NCBI GenBank assembly: GCA_001818235.1
Contig: MHJY01000022.1
Span: forward strand, 1-46,116
DNA: 46,116 bases
Origin: Candidatus Jacksonbacteria bacterium RIFOXYB2_FULL_44_15
GTDB lineage: Bacteria; Patescibacteriota; Patescibacteriia; UBA9629
Reading direction: 5' to 3'
This document shows, in pieces, positions 43,668-46,116 of the stretch. Numbering within the stretch: position 1 is the first letter of the stretch; every line of letters begins with the position of its first letter. The notes below the pieces were generated by a model. The model was not told where the DNA came from, ran no database searches, and saw nothing but the letters and a program-made list of their open reading frames with translations. The translations under genes were made by a program, and so were the position numbers.

Positions 43668-46116
43668 ATGCCCGGTGAAGTCCTTAACCAAATTGATTCA
43701 ACTGTTGTTTTTAATCCAGCTAAAGAGCCGGATGTTTTAAATTTGAAGGCAGAAACTTTGCCGCCGGAAAAAATGGACGCGCTGATTAAGGAGTTAACAG
43801 AAACCTTAGAGAATCCTAATTTAGATTTATCAATCGAAGAATCAACAGAAGTAAATAAAACTTTGCAAATTTATCTCGCTTTACGGCAGGAGCGCGCAGA
43901 ACTGGCAGATAAGTCAAACGAATCACGTGAGGAGAAAAATAAATTAACCGGGACGGCCGGAGCGTTACAGCAGGAACTTGCAGACGTAACCAAATCGGTA
44001 GAAGAGTTAAAGTCTAATCCAGGCCTTCAACCAGTCGAAGTTATGCAGAAGGATTTGGCGAGCCTTGATTATATCGAACTCGATCCAGCCAAAGTGCTGA
44101 AAGGCCTTCAACCAGCGGACATTCAAAAATTAAATGAGTTTTATGTTACCGGCGAACCAGGCCAAGCTGAAAAATTATTGCTTGAAAAATTGGATGAGCT
44201 CAAGCTCGAACTGCCGCCAAATTTGCAAGATGCGTACGAAAAACAAAAAAATGCTGTCGTCGAAAGAGTGCGCGAGACAATACAGGCGAAACTGGATCGG
44301 GAAATTTTGGAGGAAATGAGCAAGACTGATGTCGGCAAGTTTGTTAAGAGTTGGCTTATCAATATGAGCGTGGCCGTGGGTGTCGGCGCGGGCGTTGGCG
44401 CTTTGGCGGCCGCTATTATTGGCACAGGCGGCCTGGCAGCGGTTGTAGCAGCTGGCATCTCTGGTGGAACTTTAGCTGGGGGTAGAATAGGTTTCAACGC
44501 CTTGCGCGAGAAGTTTGGGAAAAAGAAGCAAGAGCGCCTGGCTGAAGCTCAAACCAAGGCCAGCGAAAAGGTTAGAGGCCGTTATGAAGAAGCCATCACC
44601 GCGGCTAAGGAGAATAAAGATAATTCCGACGCTAAACCAGAAATCGCCTTGATTCGCAATGAGCGCGATTTAGCGGCATTATTGATTTATGCGACCAGAG
44701 AAATTTCCGGTGAACACATTCTCGAAGCCTGGAAATTAAAAACTCCGGAATTTGCGCGAGGATCAGGCACCGAGGCTCCGATCAATCCTATAGAGGAACA
44801 ACCAACAGAACCGTTGCCTGCGGATGTGCTGGCGGCATTGCCTGGTTTAGAGCCGGCTTTGTATGCGAAAGTTCGTGAGAGTTTAGAAGTTAAATATGGC
44901 GACGCGATGAAAGTTGAACAGCTTAATAAAGCCGCGTTATTAGAATCAAAAGTTTTAATGCAAAATTTGCGAACTGGAATAGAAGGCAAAGAGCTTTTAG
45001 CGATGATGCGACAGAATAAGCCTGGGTACGTTGAAAAATTAGAGCAGTTCATGTCTTTGCGCGGTGGACAGATCAACAAAGGACAAGATGAGCGTGTTCA
45101 AATCGCGGCGATCACCGGAATTGGCATCGGAACTTCGGTGGCAATTTCTGCTACCTCGCATATATTTAAAGGGGCTGGCATAGCTGTTGCCGCCGCCTCT
45201 GGCTATGTCTTGGGAATGGCCAAAGATAGCGATAAAGGTTTTTGGAAAGATCAACAGCGGATTAGTTTAGAGGTGGCTGGTATTTTGGATACGCAGGAGC
45301 CGTTATTAGCACAGCCGCCGGATGTTACTGACCAAGGAGAAACTCAGTTGGCGGGCTTAGTTAATATTGCCGATTCAATGGAAGCTCGTTTGCAAGCTGG
45401 CCTGCTTGATATTGATGCGATTGTTAAAGCGCGCGCTGAAAATTTTGTCCATACAGTTCGGACTCGCGAAGCGAGCTGGCAAAAGTCATACGATGAACTT
45501 AAAAAGCAATTAGCAGATCGCTTCCAGGCGATGACGACCCAGACCGAAGCTGATATTGTCGAAGTCAAGAAGGCTATGAAGAGAGAGGGTCGGAAGGGGG
45601 CATGGAAAGGGTTGGCGAGAGCGGCGCTGACAGCTGTTACCGGAGTTGGTGTGGGAGCTCTTTTTACAGCTGGTATTGGCGAGTTACAGCACGCTTCAGC
45701 TGATGATCAAACGTCGACTTCTGGGAAACCGAACGACGGCAGTACACCTGACAATAACAAACAGCCAGACGGCGGCGGTACACCAGATAACAGCAAACTG
45801 CCGGGCCTCGGCGGTACGCTTGATAAAGACAACCAGCCGCCTGCTGTTACGCCTGATAATAAAGACAGTCAACCACTTGCTGTCACACCAGATAACAGCA
45901 AACTGCCTACAGAACACAGGACCGATAACATTGTCACTAGTGCAGAGCACAAGGGGGCGCCGGTCGGCCCTTCTCATCAAGTAAAAATTGAACAGCTTTT
46001 CCATGAGGGTGCGACGATTAGCCCAGATAATTTTGATCTCGTCATTACTCACCATGGCGAGAGTTACGAACATTCTTTGATTCGCCAGTTCGAAGCGCAA
46101 GCCGATGATTGGAAAG
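43668..46116 (+). CDS. Large glycine-zipper / hydrophobic-hairpin protein, 3'-truncated (missing from ORF track)
   Basis: Manual translation from ATG 43668 (MPGEVLNQIDSTVVFNPAKE...) stays open to the window end (>816 aa). Hydrophobic Gly/Ala tracts VAVGVGAGVGALAAAIIGTGGLAAVVAAGISGG, IAAITGIGIGTSVAIS..GAGIAVAAASG and AALTAVTGVGVGALFTAGIG. Confidence 0.88.
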   Translation, partial: MPGEVLNQIDSTVVFNPAKEPDVLNLKAETLPPEKMDALIKELTETLENPNLDLSIEESTEVNKTLQIYLALRQERAELADKSNESREEKNKLTGTAGALQQELADVTKSVEELKSNPGLQPVEVMQKDLASLDYIELDPAKVLKGLQPADIQKLNEFYVTGEPGQAEKLLLEKLDELKLELPPNLQDAYEKQKNAVVERVRETIQAKLDREILEEMSKTDVGKFVKSWLINMSVAVGVGAGVGALAAAIIGTGGLAAVVAAGISGGTLAGGRIGFNALREKFGKKKQERLAEAQTKASEKVRGRYEEAITAAKENKDNSDAKPEIALIRNERDLAALLIYATREISGEHILEAWKLKTPEFARGSGTEAPINPIEEQPTEPLPADVLAALPGLEPALYAKVRESLEVKYGDAMKVEQLNKAALLESKVLMQNLRTGIEGKELLAMMRQNKPGYVEKLEQFMSLRGGQINKGQDERVQIAAITGIGIGTSVAISATSHIFKGAGIAVAAASGYVLGMAKDSDKGFWKDQQRISLEVAGILDTQEPLLAQPPDVTDQGETQLAGLVNIADSMEARLQAGLLDIDAIVKARAENFVHTVRTREASWQKSYDELKKQLADRFQAMTTQTEADIVEVKKAMKREGRKGAWKGLARAALTAVTGVGVGALFTAGIGELQHASADDQTSTSGKPNDGSTPDNNKQPDGGGTPDNSKLPGLGGTLDKDNQPPAVTPDNKDSQPLAVTPDNSKLPTEHRTDNIVTSAEHKGAPVGPSHQVKIEQLFHEGATISPDNFDLVITHHGESYEHSLIRQFEAQADDWK
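45744..45908 (+). repeat. Coding tandem repeat, about five 33-36 nt units (TPDNxKxP...)
   Basis: ACACCAGATAACAGCAAACTGCC is identical at 45780 and 45885, with degenerate copies between and before. Confidence 0.8.

Noticed and set aside
45744-45908. 36-nt spaced repeats as a CRISPR array
   Set aside because: Units are degenerate, contiguous, multiples of 3 and in frame within a long ORF; no unique spacers or cas genes.
44134-46100. Seven short ORFs listed at the window end
   Set aside because: All are shadows overlapping the long + strand ORF starting at 43668.
1-46116. Alternative genetic code (TGA=Gly as in Gracilibacteria/SR1)
   Set aside because: Long genes are intact under code 11, and pth and ybeY end at TGA at the expected positions.

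Overview
A chromosomal segment of a Patescibacteria (CPR) bacterium, probably Parcubacteria/ABY1-like. This is inferred from a CPR-type bS21, a DUF5663-like gene, the ybeY-ftsA-ftsZ order, a VirB2-like pilin fused to a giant adhesin, a VirB4/TraD-like ATPase and mostly SD-less starts. Standard code 11 applies. 1-7.3 kb is a largely AT-rich accessory/conflict region: the end of a probable polymorphic toxin plus immunity gene, a stand-alone SIR2-like protein, a Bro-N protein read-through-fused across an A9 tract to a secreted trypsin-like protease, and a three-gene cassette of two tiny proteins plus a caspase/CHAT-fold Cys protease. 7.5-38.4 kb mixes housekeeping genes (pduO, pth, der, LCP, lepB, hisS, HIT, rpsU, ybeY, ftsA, ftsZ) with surface proteins, including a 3510-aa pilin-anchored adhesin and DxDxDG Ca-binding repeat proteins. 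After ftsZ comes a run of acidic helical unknowns ending in a >816-aa glycine-zipper ORF (43668 to window end) that the ORF track missed. Four intergenic spacers hold 7-nt-periodic inverted-repeat elements, and there is one REP-like palindromic element. Best candidates for undescribed systems: the protease cassette, the heptamer hairpin family and the post-ftsZ translocator/effector-like cluster. All calls come from reading motifs by eye; no database searches were run.
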